The notes under the pieces were generated by a model. The model saw only the letters and a program-made list of their open reading frames with translations, made no database searches and was not told where the DNA came from. A stretch of 64,000 nucleotides of DNA. Origin: Chiloscyllium plagiosum. Its lineage: Eukaryota. Numbering within the stretch: position 1 is the stretch's first letter; every line of letters begins with the position of its first letter. Made by a program: the position numbers and the translations under genes. This document shows positions 37,990-51,932 of the stretch, piece by piece. The stretch is from positions 2,614,996 to 2,678,995 of the forward strand of contig NC_057718.1 of NCBI RefSeq assembly GCF_004010195.1. The letters run 5' to 3'.

Positions 37990-40900
37990 GCACAACTACA
38001 TTTGTTTCAGTCTGTGGTACTTCTACCATTGAGCTCCTCTGTTTCTCATTAGAGTCTCGATAATGCATCAGCAGTCATGTTTTCTCGACCTGCCACATGC
38101 ACAATTGTCAAACTGAATGGCTGTAACAACGAGCTCCATTTAAACAATCTGGCATTTTCATCCTTAAATCTCTCCACAAACTTCAATGGGTAATATTCAG
38201 TGTATATGATTGACTCAGATGCACTGGTGGTAATATAAACACTGAAATGTTATAGTGCCAACACCAAGTTTAAAGTCTCTTTCTCAACTGATGAATGTTC
38301 AACTTCTTGAAGAAATATCCAATAGGTCTTTCTATCCTCTCGTCATCTTTCTGCAGGAGCACAGCACCGACACCCACATCACTGGCAATGATAACAGCTT
38401 TCAGGCTGTCAAATGCCTTCTGACAGTTCGCTGTCCACTAAAACTTCTTGCCTTTCTTTAGTAATTCAGTGAATGGAGCAGCCACGTTGCTAAAATTCAG
38501 CACAAAATTTCAATAAAATCCACTCAATCTCAAGAACCGTAGTACTGCTATTTTTGTTGATGGTATAGGAAATTCCCCAAATACTTTCTTTTTGCATCCT
38601 GTGGGGCCATTTGTCCATGTCCAATAACATGGCCCAGGAAGGTGACTTGGGCTTTGGCAAATTCACTTTTGAGCTAGGTTTGCAACCAAGCTTGCCTTCC
38701 AAAGTCGATCGAATAAGTCCGATAAATGCTGTAAATACTCATTCCATAACTGACTAAAAATCACTAGGTCATCTATGTACACTGCACATTTGGGTAATCT
38801 AGCAATTACATTATTATTCAGTTGCTGAAATGTGGCTGGAGCATTTTTCATACCAAATTACATGACTTTAAACTAATGCAGTCCATTTGGCATTACAAAA
38901 GCCGAAATTTCCTTTGCTCTTTCTGACAGAGGTACCTGCCAGCATCCTCAGAGCAAGTCCAACTTAAAAACGTAAGTTGCTTGTCCCGGCTTTTCAACAC
39001 AGTTTTCCAACCACATAATTGGATATGCATCAGTCTCTGTGAGTGCATTGACTTTGTGATAGTCCACATATAACCTTTGGGTACAATCTGGCTTTGGCAC
39101 CATTACTTTGGGAGAGTTCCAGTCACTGTAACTCACTTCAATTATGTCATCTTAGAGCATGCATTCTGTCTTCTTCTGAACCTGTGCCAACTTTAGAGGG
39201 TTATACCTATAAGGATGTTGCTTAATTCGAACAGCATCTCCTATATCTACATCATGCATAATTAGGTTAACACGTTTTGGTTTATTTCCATATATCTGCC
39301 CATGTGATAGTAATAACTTTTAGCTCATTTCGATGTTTCTCAGAAAGGTAACTCAATAATTTATCCTAATTTTTGACAAGTTCCTCATTGTCCAATTTAA
39401 TTTGAGGAATGTCCAATTCAGAATCCTCTGAACCTGGTTCTTCCGTCTGTGCTATAATCATTATCATCATCTCCTCTTGCTTTCCTTCCCTATCAAAATA
39501 CCTTTTCAGCATATTCTGAGATTTCTTCCTGCCTGGAGTCCTTATCAAGTAGTTCACTTCACTCAATTTTCTTTCGATTTGATAACGTCCACTAATCTTG
39601 CTTTTAAATGTTCACCTATTACTGGAAGTCAAACTAATACCTTACTCTCAAGAGTAAAATTGTGAATTTTTGATTTCTTGTCCGCTTCCCGTTTCATTGA
39701 ATTCTGCAATACTTTTAAATGCTGCCTAGCTAACTCCCCAGCTCCGCTTAATTATTCTCTAAAATTCAACACAATCCAAATGTATGGTCTCTGAATTCTG
39801 ATTTACTAATTTCTCCTTAAACAATTTTAATGGTCCTCTCACTTCATGCCCAAAAACTAATTCAAATGGACTAAATTGTGTCAATTTATTTGGTGCATCT
39901 CTGACCACAATCAACACAAATGGAACTCCCTTATCCCAATCATCTGGATAATCCTGACCACAAGCCCTCAACATGTTCTTTCATGTTTGATGCCACCTTT
40001 CTAACACTCCCTGCCATTCTGGATGGTATGCAGTAAACTTGAATTGTTTTATGCCTAAGCTGTACATAACTTCCTTGAATAGTTTGGGTGTGAAGTTTGA
40101 CCCTTGATCTGACTGGATCTCTATTAATAGTCTGAATCTTGTAAAATATTTGATTAATTCCTCTACAACCCTTTTAGCTGTGATAGTATGTAATTTAACG
40201 GCCGCTGGAAATCTTGTTGATACATTGAATATTGTTAACAAATACTGATTCCTACTTTTTGTTTGAGATAGGGGACCTACACAATCAATTAAGACTCGTA
40301 AGAGGTTTTTCAAATGCTGAAATAGATATAAAAGGTGCTGGTTTTATTACCACCTGTGGTTTTCCAATTACCTGACATGGATGACACGTCTGGCAAAATT
40401 CCTGATGAAAAACGTATGCTCGAAACATCGATTCTCCTGCTCCTTGGATGTCGCCTGACTGGCTGTGCTTTTCCAGCATCACACTCTTTGACTCTGATCT
40501 CCAAGCATCATTCTCCCAAAATTCAACTGCATCCTTGTGTAGTCCAGGCCAGTAAAAGTGTCTTTCTATTTTAGCCTGTGTTTTCCTCACTCCTAAATGA
40601 CTTCCAAGTGGTAGCTCATGTGCCACTCACAGCACCTCTTTTCTATACTCCACAATTTGATGAATTTCTGGCCATTTCTCATCTGCTTGAATATGTGATG
40701 GTCTCCATTTCCTCATCAAAACAACATTTTTCAGGTAATAACACACAGGGATAGATTCAGATTCTCTCTCTCTGTATATATCTTTTGATACAACTATTTT
40801 AAATTTTCATCTTTTTGCTGCAACTCAATGAGTTTTGCAAAGGTAAAGATATTTGCATGATTATTTATTTGCTCCTGCTTTGCCTCAACTAACTGATTGA

Positions 40901-42098
40901 ACACAGTCTCTGCTAATGCCACTTCATCTTCCTTCTCTGTATCTTTTGATCTCTCCTCCTTCAAATGGTGATTCTGTGACCTCATTATTATACAATCAGG
41001 GAGGATTTCTGAATAAGAATCCTGCATTGCTTCAGTTGCCTGAGTCTCCACTTTTTTTTACCTACAGCGATAGCATGCTTATTGGTGAATTCGCAAGGCT
41101 AAATAGTATTCCTGCAGCTGAAAGTTTGTCCAGTACTCCTACCACAAATTCTCCACTCTTTTCTGGACACTCGCTTTACATAAACATGGCTTTTTGTCTC
41201 ACTTTGAATTCCTGTTACCGGTACCTTTTCAGGTAATTGTCCTTCAAGAGTACATATCTCCGCATCCATCAGCATCACAGATTGAGAGCATCCTGTGTCC
41301 CTTAATATTGTAACCTCTTTACCTGTTATTCCTGACCGATGTAAATAAACTTTATCTTTGAGGGCATTTTTTTTAAGCAGATCTGGCACTTTCTCCTTAA
41401 CCAATCTCCGATTAGCATGTGTACTCTGATGCAGCTTCCTAGCTTCCACTGTGCTTGTTTTTTACCATTCCAACAAAACTCCTAGGCTTATCCTGCTTTC
41501 CCACATCTGGAGGTAACTTCAACCCCAGCTTGTTTACTAATTCCCACAGCTTGGTCTTATTTGCCTTTTATAAAACCCCCAAGGTCACTTCTCCCATCTC
41601 CAGAAACTCCTTGTTGACTAAGAGAGCTATTGCTATCTGAATGCTGTTTAAACCAACCAAATCAACACCAGAAATAAAAGACACTAACACATACCACTCG
41701 CTGTTTAAATCCTGGATGAGCCCCAATCTGTTGTGGACTAGGCCAGACTCCTCGCAACAATTTTAAGCAGATAGTCCAAACCATAACTTTGCTATTTGTT
41801 TTAGCTAGGTCTATAGTGAATATTCCTGGAGTAAATTAGTTGGTTCGACTGACAAGTTTAAAACAAACAAAATTTATTTACAAAATTATGGAATGAAATA
41901 CAAAGAACAGAAAACAGAATACTGGATGCCTTATCCTATCCTAACCAGTCTTAGGTTGGAGGTATTATCTGATATGGTCAACAAAAGGGGCCCATTAAAA
42001 CTTTCACAGCCCGCTTAGTTGCAGCCTGTCCAATTAGCCCCTCTCTGAAAAAAAACTCAAAGGCATAGTAACCCTGCAAAAGAACCAGTATTGTGACA
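37990..42098 (-). mobile_element. Degraded Gypsy (Gmr1-like) with 5' LTR 41729-42098 and tRNA-Pro-like PBS; most of gag deleted
   Basis: PBS TGGGGCTCATCCAGGAT (41709-41725, minus); ILRDTGCS protease; INT 39759-40626; RT VYIDD ~38770. Confidence 0.9.
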
Positions 42099-43750
42099 GC
42101 TGAAACTCTCATGTCCCTTAGGGCTTCAGATCTCCAAAAATTCACCTGTTTAGAAAATAGCCCATGCCTTTATTTTTTCCCACCAAAATGCATAACCTCA
42201 CACTTTCCCACAATATATTTCAACTGTCTTTTCTTTGCTGTTGACCTGTCCTGGATTTCCGATATAAATGCAATGGTGAAGAACTTGTCTTCCTCAGGCG
42301 GCTCAGGAAAGTTGGCATGTCCATACGGACCCACACCAACTTTTGCATATGCATCATTGAAAACATACTGTCCTAGTGCATAATGGCTTGGTATGGCAAC
42401 TACTCTGCCCAGGATCAGAAGGTTCAGAAGGATATGTGCACAGCCAAAACCATTGCGAAAGCAACCTCCCATCCATGGACTCCATTTACACCTCTTGTTG
42501 CTGCAAAAAAGGCTGCCATCACCATGGTCCATCCCACCCTGGTAATGCTCTCCTACAACCTCTTCCATCAGACAGAAGATACAGAAGCTTGTACAGACAC
42601 ACCAGTAGTTTCAGGACAAGTTTCCTCCTTGCCATTATTAAACTGATGAATGAATTCTCTAGCTTCAAATAATGTTGATCTTGCAAATGTTGGTCTTGCC
42701 TTGTGCACGTCAAGTGCTTTGTAACCTATGTATGCCTCACTTTGTCCAAGATTTTTCAGCCTATTATTTGTATGTCCTTGCTTAATATGATCTGTCCATA
42801 CTGCTTTTCACTGTATTTAGGTACACACAACAATAAATCCAACTAATGAATCAATCAGTTTCCTAGCCTGTCCAAGTTCTCCTGCACCCTCCCCTTTTCA
42901 TCCTGTCCCTCCAGCTATCTTTGTGTTATCTGCAAACTGAACAACAATGCCCTCAGATCCTTTGTCCAGGTCATAAATGTGTAATATGAATAGTTGTGGT
43001 CCCAAAACTGACTCTTGCAATTGCCTTCTTCACTGCCAAGTGAACCCACATGTTAAACTTAAGAGAATTCTTAACTAGGCCTCCCATGTCCCTTTGTCTT
43101 TCAGATTTCCAAAGTTTTTCCCCATTTAGTAATATTCTTCCTACCAAAAGACTGATACTTAATGGCATTCTGAGAAATTATTGATGGGTAATAAGTGTTG
43201 GTTTAGCCAGCAATGTTCATAACCTGAATGAAGAAACCAATCATATTCATCTTGTTAGAGAGCATGACGCTATATTTCTTACATAATATTTCATTAGAAA
43301 CATTTTGCTCACTCACTGAACCTGTCTATAGCTCTGTGCAGACTCCTTGTATCATTCTCACCACTTGCCTTTCCACTTAGATTTGTGCCATCCACAAACT
43401 TTGCTGCTGTAGATTCACTTTTCTCAGCCAGTCATTCTTATAGCTTGTCAATAATTGTGGCCCAGACTGAGTCCTGTGACACTTCACTAATTATGTTTTG
43501 TTACCCTGAAAATGCCACCTTGAGCCCAATTCTCTGTCATCATTTAGTTACCCATTTCTCTACCCATGCTACTTCCAACACCAAGGACTTGCCTCTTAGT
43601 AAGTCGCCTAATATGTGGTACCTTATCAAAAGCATTTTGAAAATCCGAAAGCATAAATTGGCTGAATCCCCCTTATCTATCTTGCTTCTTACCTCATCAA
43701 AAAATTCCTGCAAATTTATTCTTCATGACACCATGCTGACTCTGCTAGAT

Positions 43751-45157
43751 CATATTGTACATTTCTAAATGTTCTGCCAATGCCATCATCACCATCTCCC
43801 TAATGTGGTTGAGTTAACTACATTGGCAGGTAGGACATTCCACGCCCTTACCACTCTCTGAGTAAAGAACCTGCCTCTGACATCTGTCTTAAATCTATCA
43901 CCCCTCAATTTGTAGTTATGCCCCCTCGTACAAGCTAATGTCTTCTTGAACAACTACAGTCCATTTGCAGTAGGTAGACCTTTAATGCCCTTCAGCAGGG
44001 AATTCAAGGATCTTGACCCAATGACACTTAGGAACATTGATATAATTCCAAATTAGGATGGTGAGTGGTTTAGAGGGGAACTTGCAGGCAGTGATGTTCC
44101 CATGTATCTGATGCCCCTATCCTTCTAAATGGAAGTCATTGTGCATTTTGATCTTGCTGCAGAAGAAATTGTGCCCAAAATGTCAATGCATTTGTGAAGA
44201 GATTTAAGTAATAGTATTGTACACATTGTATATTTAATTATTTTTGCTTATGTTGATGGATTTTGTTTGGTCAGAAACCGTCACACATGTAGTTCTATGG
44301 TTTAGTGTAAACCTGTTCTCGCTTTTTAACTCCTACCACCCTGACAGATTCATTCCATACAGCAGTACAGAGGATCTGTTCGTGTGGGAATAAACTTATT
44401 CTTATATTTTTCTTTAAAGATCCAATCCTTCTCCAGTCTCCGAACCTGGAACGTGTCACCGAGGGTCACACTGCCCGGTTAAAGTGCACCAGGTGGAACG
44501 CCACAGTGACACACCAATGTTCAGTAGTACCAGGAGCAACAAGGGAATAAAATAGAGTGGGTTTTAACACATGATGTGAGGAACATCGCAGGAAGGAGCC
44601 CAGGATTCACTGACCGATTTCAGCCTTCCAGAGACCCCTCCAGTAACAACTTCAATCTGACCATCACAAACGTGCAGCCCAGTGACACTGGGGTCTATTG
44701 CTGCTCAGTGTTGGAAAGTATCAATGGGAGAGGAAGCCAGCTCAATATCACCAGTAAATAGAGTTTACATGACAATCACCTTCAACAATAACATCTTGCC
44801 CAATGAATGGATTGGAGATCAGTTTGTGATCAAGAAGATTGAGGAGGTGATGGAGAGTGATCTTGGGGATGGATTCTCTGTGGGGAGGAAGCTGAGCTCA
44901 GGTGCAGTAATTTATTTAATTGGTTTGTGAGATGTGGGTGTTACTGGCTGGGCCAGCATTTATTGCCCATCCTTCATTGCCCTTGAGAAGGTGGTGCTGA
45001 GCTGTCTTCTTGAACCACTGCAGTGGCCCATTGGTTGTCATTCCTGGGTTTAGGTCGGGCTCCTACACAACCTATTAAGACCCTGCTAAACGGTTGTTCA
45101 AAAGCTGTGATCAGGATTTCAGGTGAAGCTTTAACTGAGGGTTGGAGATTTCCCAAG
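43751..45157 (+). repeat. Segmental duplication, copy B
   Basis: Near-identical to 12947-14349. Confidence 0.97.
44420..44753 (+). pseudogene. Germline-joined VJ-type Ig V-domain exon (Va, copy B), pseudogenised
   Basis: Same splice sites, 2-nt deletion and TAG (44525) as copy A; ends DTGVYCCSVLESINGRGSQLNIT. Confidence 0.92.
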
Positions 45158-45579
45158 CAGCCCATCCTGTCTGCACTGACTCTTCAAATGAGCATCATTC
45201 CTGACTGCCAATGTCCTGCTCTCTCCCCACAGCCTTGCATTCTGTTAGGATTTAGAATCGAATGGAGCAAGAGTGAATCAGAGAGGGTGTGCTCAAGGAG
45301 CACTGATTCCAGGCTGTTTGAAACTTTCAACATTTTTCTTTTGGTTTTCTGTGAGAATGAATTTTTTTAAATGGCTGCTTGCTCTCTTCCAATCAGTCAG
45401 CTGTGAGCATTGTGAACTTCTCTCAATAGTTTATTCACAAAGTGAATCATACCAGCAAATTGGAAATCATTCAGCTAATGGTTATATTTCAAATCATTCC
45501 CTCTCAAATTACAAATAGCAATATCGACACAGGAAGGTTCAGTTCATCCTCTCCAAGTCATCATTGGCTATTTTTGTGT

Positions 45580-47870
45580 TTTTATTGAAGAAAATCTGTG
45601 AGGAGATGCCTGGGAGCTGTCAACTTGTGAACCTGATATCGGGGAGGGTAAGTTGTTGGAGGGGATTCTTACAGACAGGATTTGCATGCATTTGGAGAGG
45701 TAAGGACTAGGTATAGTCAACATGGCTTTGTTTGTGGGAAATCGTGTCTCACAAAATTGAGTTATTTTTGAGAATCTAAGCAACACGATTGATGATGGCA
45801 GAGCAGAGGACATTGTCAGCATGAACATTAGTATCTCCTTTGACAAGGTTCTGCATAGTAGATTAGTCAAGTGAGATCACATGGGATTCAGAGAGTGCTT
45901 TCCAATTGGATACAGAATCAGCTTGATGGTAGAAGATGAAGGTGGTGGTAGAGGATTATTTTTTGGAGGCCTGTAACCTATGGTGTACTGGAGGGAATGG
46001 TGCTGAACCATCTTTCTTTCGTCATTTGTATAAATGATTTGAATAGGAATATAAAAGGCATGGTTCGTACATTTGTATATGACAGCAATATTGGTGGACA
46101 GTGAAGAACATTATCTAAGATTACAAAGGGATCTTTATCAACTGTGGCAATGGGCTGAAGAGTAGCAGATGGAGTTTAATTTGGATAACTGTGTGGTATT
46201 GCATTTTGGTAAGACAAACAAGGGTCTTCCATAGTGTTATCAAACAGTGACCTTGGAGTTCAAATGCATAGTTCTTTGAAAGTAACATTGCAGAGAGACA
46301 AGGTGCTTAAGACATGATTTAACAAGCTTGCCTTCATGGTTTAGGCCTTTGGGTATAGGATGTGGGATGTCAAATTGAGGTTGTACAGGACATTTGTGAT
46401 TCCACTATTGAGGTACCGTGTACAGTTCTGGTAGCCCTGCCAGAGGAAGAATATTATTAAATTGGTCAGGGTTCAAAAGATTTACCAGGATGTTGCTGGG
46501 AATGGAAGTGTTGAATTATAAGGATGGGCTGGATAGGTGGGGACATTTTCACTGGAGCGTAAGAGGTAAAGGTGTGACCTTGTAAAGATTTATGAAATCA
46601 TGAGGGGCGTATCTAAGATTAATAGCAAAGGTCTTTTTCCTAGGTGGTTAATTTCAAAATTAGGGGGCACATTTTAGTTTGTAGAATTGAGAGACGTAAG
46701 AGTTGAGAGATATAGCTCTCTGAAATGTGTGTCAGGTTGTTACAATGGCATTTCCCTCACTTGCCTTCACTGCTCTAACATTTCAGTTTTTGAGTTGGAA
46801 TATCATGTTGAGATTGTAGGACATTTTAACAAGCTTGCCTTCATGGTTTAGACCTTTGGGTATAGGATGTGGGATGTCAAATTGAGGTTGTACAGGACAT
46901 TTGTGTTTCCACGGGGTACCGTGTACAGTTCTGGTAGCCCTGCCAGAGGAAGAATATTATTAAATTGGTCAGGGTTCAAAAGATTTACCAGGATGTTGCT
47001 GGGAATGGAAGCGTTGAATTATAAGGATGGGCTGGATAGGTGGGGACATTTTCACTGGAGCGTAAGAGGTAAAGGTGTGACCTTGTAAAGATTTATGAAA
47101 TCATGAGGGGCGTATCTAAGATTAATAGCAAAGGTCTTTTTCCTAGGTGGTTAATTTCAAAATTAGGGGGCACATTTTAGTTTGTAGAATTGAGAGACGT
47201 AAGAGTTGAAAGATATAGCTCTCTGAAATGTGTGTCAAGTTGTTACAATGGCATTTCCCTCACTTGCCTTCACTGCTCTAACATGTCAGTTTTTGAGTTG
47301 GAATATCATGTTGAGATTGTAGGACATTGGTGAGGCCCCTTCTGGAGTACTGTGTGCAGTTCTGGTCACCCTACCATCAGAATGATATTATTAAGTTGGA
47401 CAGGGTTCAAAAAACAGCTATCAGAATGATGTTGGGAATGGAGTGTTTGAATTATAAGGATGGGCTGGAATGCCTGGGGATTTCCCCAAAGGGTGAAAGG
47501 TGACCCTTGACAAGATTTATAAAATCATGAGGGGTGCAGATAAAGTGATAACAAATGTCTTATCCCTTGGGTGAGGAAGTTCAGAATTACAAGGAAACAT
47601 ATTAAGTTGAGAAAAGCTTTAAAAAGGCCATTACTGGTATCTTTTTTTACAGAGAGTGTGGTTCATGTGTGGAATGAGCTGCCAGATGAAGTGGTGGATG
47701 TAGATACAGTGACAACATTCAAAAGAAATTTCAACAAGTGCCTAAATAGGAAAGGTTTGAAGGGGTAGACCAAACGCAGACAACTAGGACTAGTTCAGCT
47801 TGGGAACATGGTCGGCATGGACTGGTTGGACAGAAGAGTTTGTTTCCGTGCTTTCTGTCTCTATGACTCT
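45580..47870 (+). mobile_element. Degraded CR1 LINEs containing a ~505-bp tandem duplication (46318-46824 / 46825-47328)
   Basis: [37 protein letters not shown]; the direct repeat is visible by eye. Confidence 0.85.
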
Positions 47871-47942
47871 ACTTACCCAGAGAGAGATTTTATAAAATGT
47901 TACAATTCAAGTTACATTTTTCTTTCTCTTCAATATGAACAG

Positions 47943-48289
47943 AACCATTGGTTGATCCAGTTCTCATTCAGGATCCAGTAGTCAGCAAGGTAGCAGAGGA
48001 TGAAACTGTCAAGTTCCAGAGTGCCATGTACAATGCCAATGTGATTGACACTGTGCCCATTGGCACTACCAATAACCTGGCAGCAACAGGGAGTGGGTGA
48101 TAAGCCACTTTGTGAATGGTACCCTCACCAAGGCCCAGGCTTTCCCCAATCGTGTTGAGCTTTCCAGGAATGTCCGCAGGAACAGTTACATTCTGAGCCT
48201 TGTGAATGTGACTCTCAATGATACTGCTATGTACAGCTGCAGTGTGTGGAGCTACATCTATGGAGCAGGGAGCCAGCCCAATGTAACTG
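47943..48289 (+). pseudogene. Germline-joined VJ-type Ig V-domain exon (Vc), pseudogenised
   Basis: Acceptor ..tgaacag|, donor G|gcaagt. PLVDPVLIQDPVVSKVAEDETVKFQS(C->S, 48020)AMYN..[-1]..HWHYQ*PGSNREWVISH..FPNRVELSRNVRRNSYILSLVNVTLNDTAMYSCSVWSYIYGAGSQPNVT. Confidence 0.92.
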
Positions 48290-48902
48290 GCAAGTCAATG
48301 GGAGTGAACACTGGTGTGACCAGGGAAGGGAGCACCCGGCTGCTGTGCTTCATCAGTGGAAGTGCAGAATGGTCATCAAGACCAAGTATTCCCAAGGCAG
48401 GATGGGGAGTGGCTTGGAGGGGAACTTGCAGGGGGTGGTGTTCCCTTGTAGCTGCTGCCCTTGTTCTAGGGAGAGGAAGTTGTGAGTTTGGAAGGTGCTG
48501 TCTGAGAATCTAAGGTGAATTTCTGCAGTGTATCTTGCAGATAGTACACACTGCTTCTACTGAGCATTGGTGGTGGAGAGAGTGAGTGTTTGTGGATGTG
48601 TGCCAGTCAAACAGGCTGCTTTGTCCTGGATGATGTTAAGCTTCTTGAGTGTTGTTGGAGCTGCCCCCATCCAGGTAATTAGGGCGTATTCCATCACACC
48701 CCTGACTTGTGCCTTGTAGATGGTGGATAGACTTTGGAGGTCAGGTGAGTTACTATCTTGAGGAACTCAAAATTAATGTTGTTGACAATCTTGGACATTG
48801 CTCAGACTGAAGTGACTGTGTGTGTGATATTCTGATATTTTACCTTTCTCTGAATGTATGCTCTTCACCTCATTTACCTTATTTCATCACCCATCTTCAT
48901 TC

Positions 48903-49734
48903 CAAGGGAGACTTGGATAAACTGCAGAATTGGGCTGAGAGGTGGCAAATGGAGTTCAATGCAGATAAATGTGAGGTGATTTATTTTGCAAAGAATAACA
49001 GGTAGGCAGAATATTGAGTCAAAGGAAAGATTCTTGGTAGTGTTGATGTGCAGAGGGATCTTGCAGTCCATGTATATCGATCTCTGAAAGTTGCCACCCA
49101 GGTTGATAGTGCTAATAAGAAAGCCCACTGTGTTAGGTTTATCGGTAGAGGGATTGAGTTCTGGAGCCGTGATGTCCTGCTGTAACTGTACAAAACGCTT
49201 GTGTGGCCTCATTTGGAGTATTTTGCGCAGTTGTGGTCACCCCATTACAGGATGTGGAAGCATTGAAAAAGGTACAGATGAGATTTACCAGGGTGTTGCC
49301 TAGTCTGGAGGGAAGGTCTTATGAGGAAAGGCTGAGAGACTTGGGTCTGTTCTCATTGGAGAGAAGAAGGCTAAGAGGGCACTTAATAGAGACATACAAG
49401 ATGATCAGTGGATTAGATAGGGTAGACAGTAAGAGTCCTTTTCCTTGGATGTTGACATCTGTTTGTAAGAGGGGGCATAGCTACAAATTGAGAGATGATA
49501 GATTTCAGACAGATGTCAGATGCAGATTCTTTACTCAGAGAGTGGTAAGGGCGTGGGATGTCCTGCTTGCCAATGTAGTTAACTCAGCCACATTAGGGGC
49601 ATTTAAACAGTCTTTGAATAAGCACATGGATGATAATGGGATAGTGTAGAGTGATGGGCTTAGATTTGTTCGCAGGTCAGCACAACATCAAGGACCGAAG
49701 GGCCTTTTCTGCGAGGTGTCATTCTATGTTCTAT
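48903..49734 (+). mobile_element. CR1 LINE 3' fragment (same family as 2610-3525)
   Basis: GDLDKLQNWAERWQMEFNADKCEV..; ttctatg-type tail. Confidence 0.92.
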
Positions 49735-49829
49735 AATAATAGCCCTGCAGTCTGGGTCCTTCCAAAGATAAAGAGACATTCTGAAGTTGTTCTTTGTTTC
49801 TGTATTAGCTTATCCTGGACAGCATTCCA
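49735..49829 (+). pseudogene. Possible transmembrane-exon remnant, 5' end disrupted by CR1
   Basis: Hydrophobic stretches (SPAVWVL; ILKLFFVSVLAY or VVLCFCISLSW depending on frame) ending at consensus donor |gtgagt (49830); lies between Vc and the cytoplasmic exons. Confidence 0.45.
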
Positions 49830-50488
49830 GTGAGTCGGTGACTATGAGACCAGGAGAAATAGGAACCTGAGAAGGCCATTCAGCCCATCGAGCCTGCTCT
49901 GTCATTTAATATAATCATGCCTGATCCAACATTCCTCACGCTTTTATCCTGTAACTTTTGATTCCCTGGATGATCAAATATCTATCTGTCTCAGCCTTAA
50001 ATATACACAAGGACTCTGCCCCCACAGCTCTCTGTGGCAAGGTATTCCAAAGACTCACAACTCTCTGAGAAAAACAATTCCTCCTCATCTCAGTCTTAAA
50101 TTGCAACCTTATTTTTCTGAGATATGCCTCTTATCCTGGACTTGTTCTAGCTCCATTCGAACATTAGCTTCTTTCTCGGTCTTTACCAACAGACAGTGCA
50201 GCAAGTTTTTTTGAAGAAATCTCTCCCTTCCACAGTCACTAATAACAACAACTTGGCCAAGTATCCCACCATGCCCTCGGGTTTTGGTCACATTCTTTCC
50301 TTTGTTGTTCAGACAAATTCTGGCCTTTTTAGCAAATGATCCAAGTATTTAGAGCATTCTTTCTGTCTTTAAGCTAGCCTCAAAAGTCTTTAGAGTAAAG
50401 TGTAAAGTCTACCAGCGCAAGTGTCTAAACATTATAGCGTTGTTTGTGGTAAATGTGTGATAACTCTAATGTGTGGCATTTTTTTTAG

Positions 50489-50532
50489 AAGCCCTGTTGA
50501 AGACTATAGCACTGTGTGTGCAACAGTGAATG
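50489..50532 (+). pseudogene. Cytoplasmic exon 1 (SPVEDYSTVCATVN)
   Basis: ttttttttag| ... G|gtaagc; TVCATV is one substitution (TGT vs TAT) from an ITSM TxYxxV. Confidence 0.65.
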
Positions 50533-51932
50533 GTAAGCAAATTAATTCAATCATTATCACAATATTTGCTAGGAATTACTCTCTGTCACAAATATCCATT
50601 TTACGTGGTTAGATTCATGATGTGTTTAATAAGCTAATAGTCAGAGCAGTCATTTGTCTGATTGACATATTTATTGCAGTGAGACGAACATAGAACATAG
50701 AATACAGAACATAGAACATAGAACAGTACAGCACAGTACAGACCCTTCAGCACACAATGTTATGCCGAGCAGTTATCTGAATCTCAGATCAACCTAATCT
50801 ATGCACCCCTCAATTTACTGCTGTCCATATGCTTGTCTAGCAGTCACTTAACTGTCCCTTAACACAATCATTAAAACAATGTTTCGCCCACATTCCTATC
50901 ATTATTCGTTGTAGCCGCATCCACAGAATTATACTCCAATCTCAACTTATTAATTTTCCAATGAACTGACTCCTGCTCACTTCCCTGTTTTGAACTGTGA
51001 AAGCAATTCCATGATTTTTGTCTGAATCCAATTGCATGAATCAATCACTGTTCCAGTGGCTCAACTTTTTTCAGTTCAAACAACCTGAAGGTTTCCCTTA
51101 CAGGTTCTCCCTGTTTGGAAAAAAAAAACACAGGCTGGAAAAACATTGCTGTTGTGTTGACTGGCATCTTCTCCACTGAAAATTCCAGCTGGGAGAGAAA
51201 CTCAAATTTCATTCTGAATTCAAATCTTGGTTATTTTGAGCTTAATCTCTGTTTATTTTTTGAACTGAACTCAAAACAAAATTCAAAGCTGAATTTACAT
51301 TGCTTGTCATAAACTCAGAAGTATATCCAACTGATTTCTGTAATACTCCAGAGATTGTCCCAATTCACTGGTAACAGTCACGTGTCTTTTTAGAATTATT
51401 GCATTGAATTACTGTTCCAGAATGACTTTCAGACCTTTTAAAGGAATCTCAACAATGCAAATCCATGTTCACGTGTTGCTTTTTAAATCATTCTAAATTT
51501 CAAAAATGATATATATTACACACCATTCATCACAAAAATGTTCGATCAAAGATAAGGAGAAAGGTTTTCACTGGACAGAGTTGCTAAGATCTGGAACACA
51601 CTCCCTGAAAAGGTGTTAGAAGCTGATTCCATAACAACTTTGAAGAGGGGTTTGGACAGGTATTTGAGGATGAGGACTGTCAAGAGAGGGCTGTGGGGTT
51701 GAGCACAATAACTCTTTAAAAGATCTAATGCGGGTGTGATTGGCGGATGGTGCGCTCTCTCTGTGCTGAGTTTGTCTGATTGACATGATGAATGTTATAA
51801 CGGAGAGCAGTGTCTAGGATTCACACCAGGTGCCTTCCTCTAAAACTGCCCAAAGTCACACTGGCATTTTCCCATCACCATCTTTCCCAGTTTAAAGAGC
51901 TCGATTGTGACTTGGCTCCATTCTGAAGAGGT

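Noticed and set aside
13616-48289. Rearranging IgL/TCR locus
   Set aside because: J strand is fused within each exon; no RSS, no separate J segments and no convincing C1 exon on the + strand
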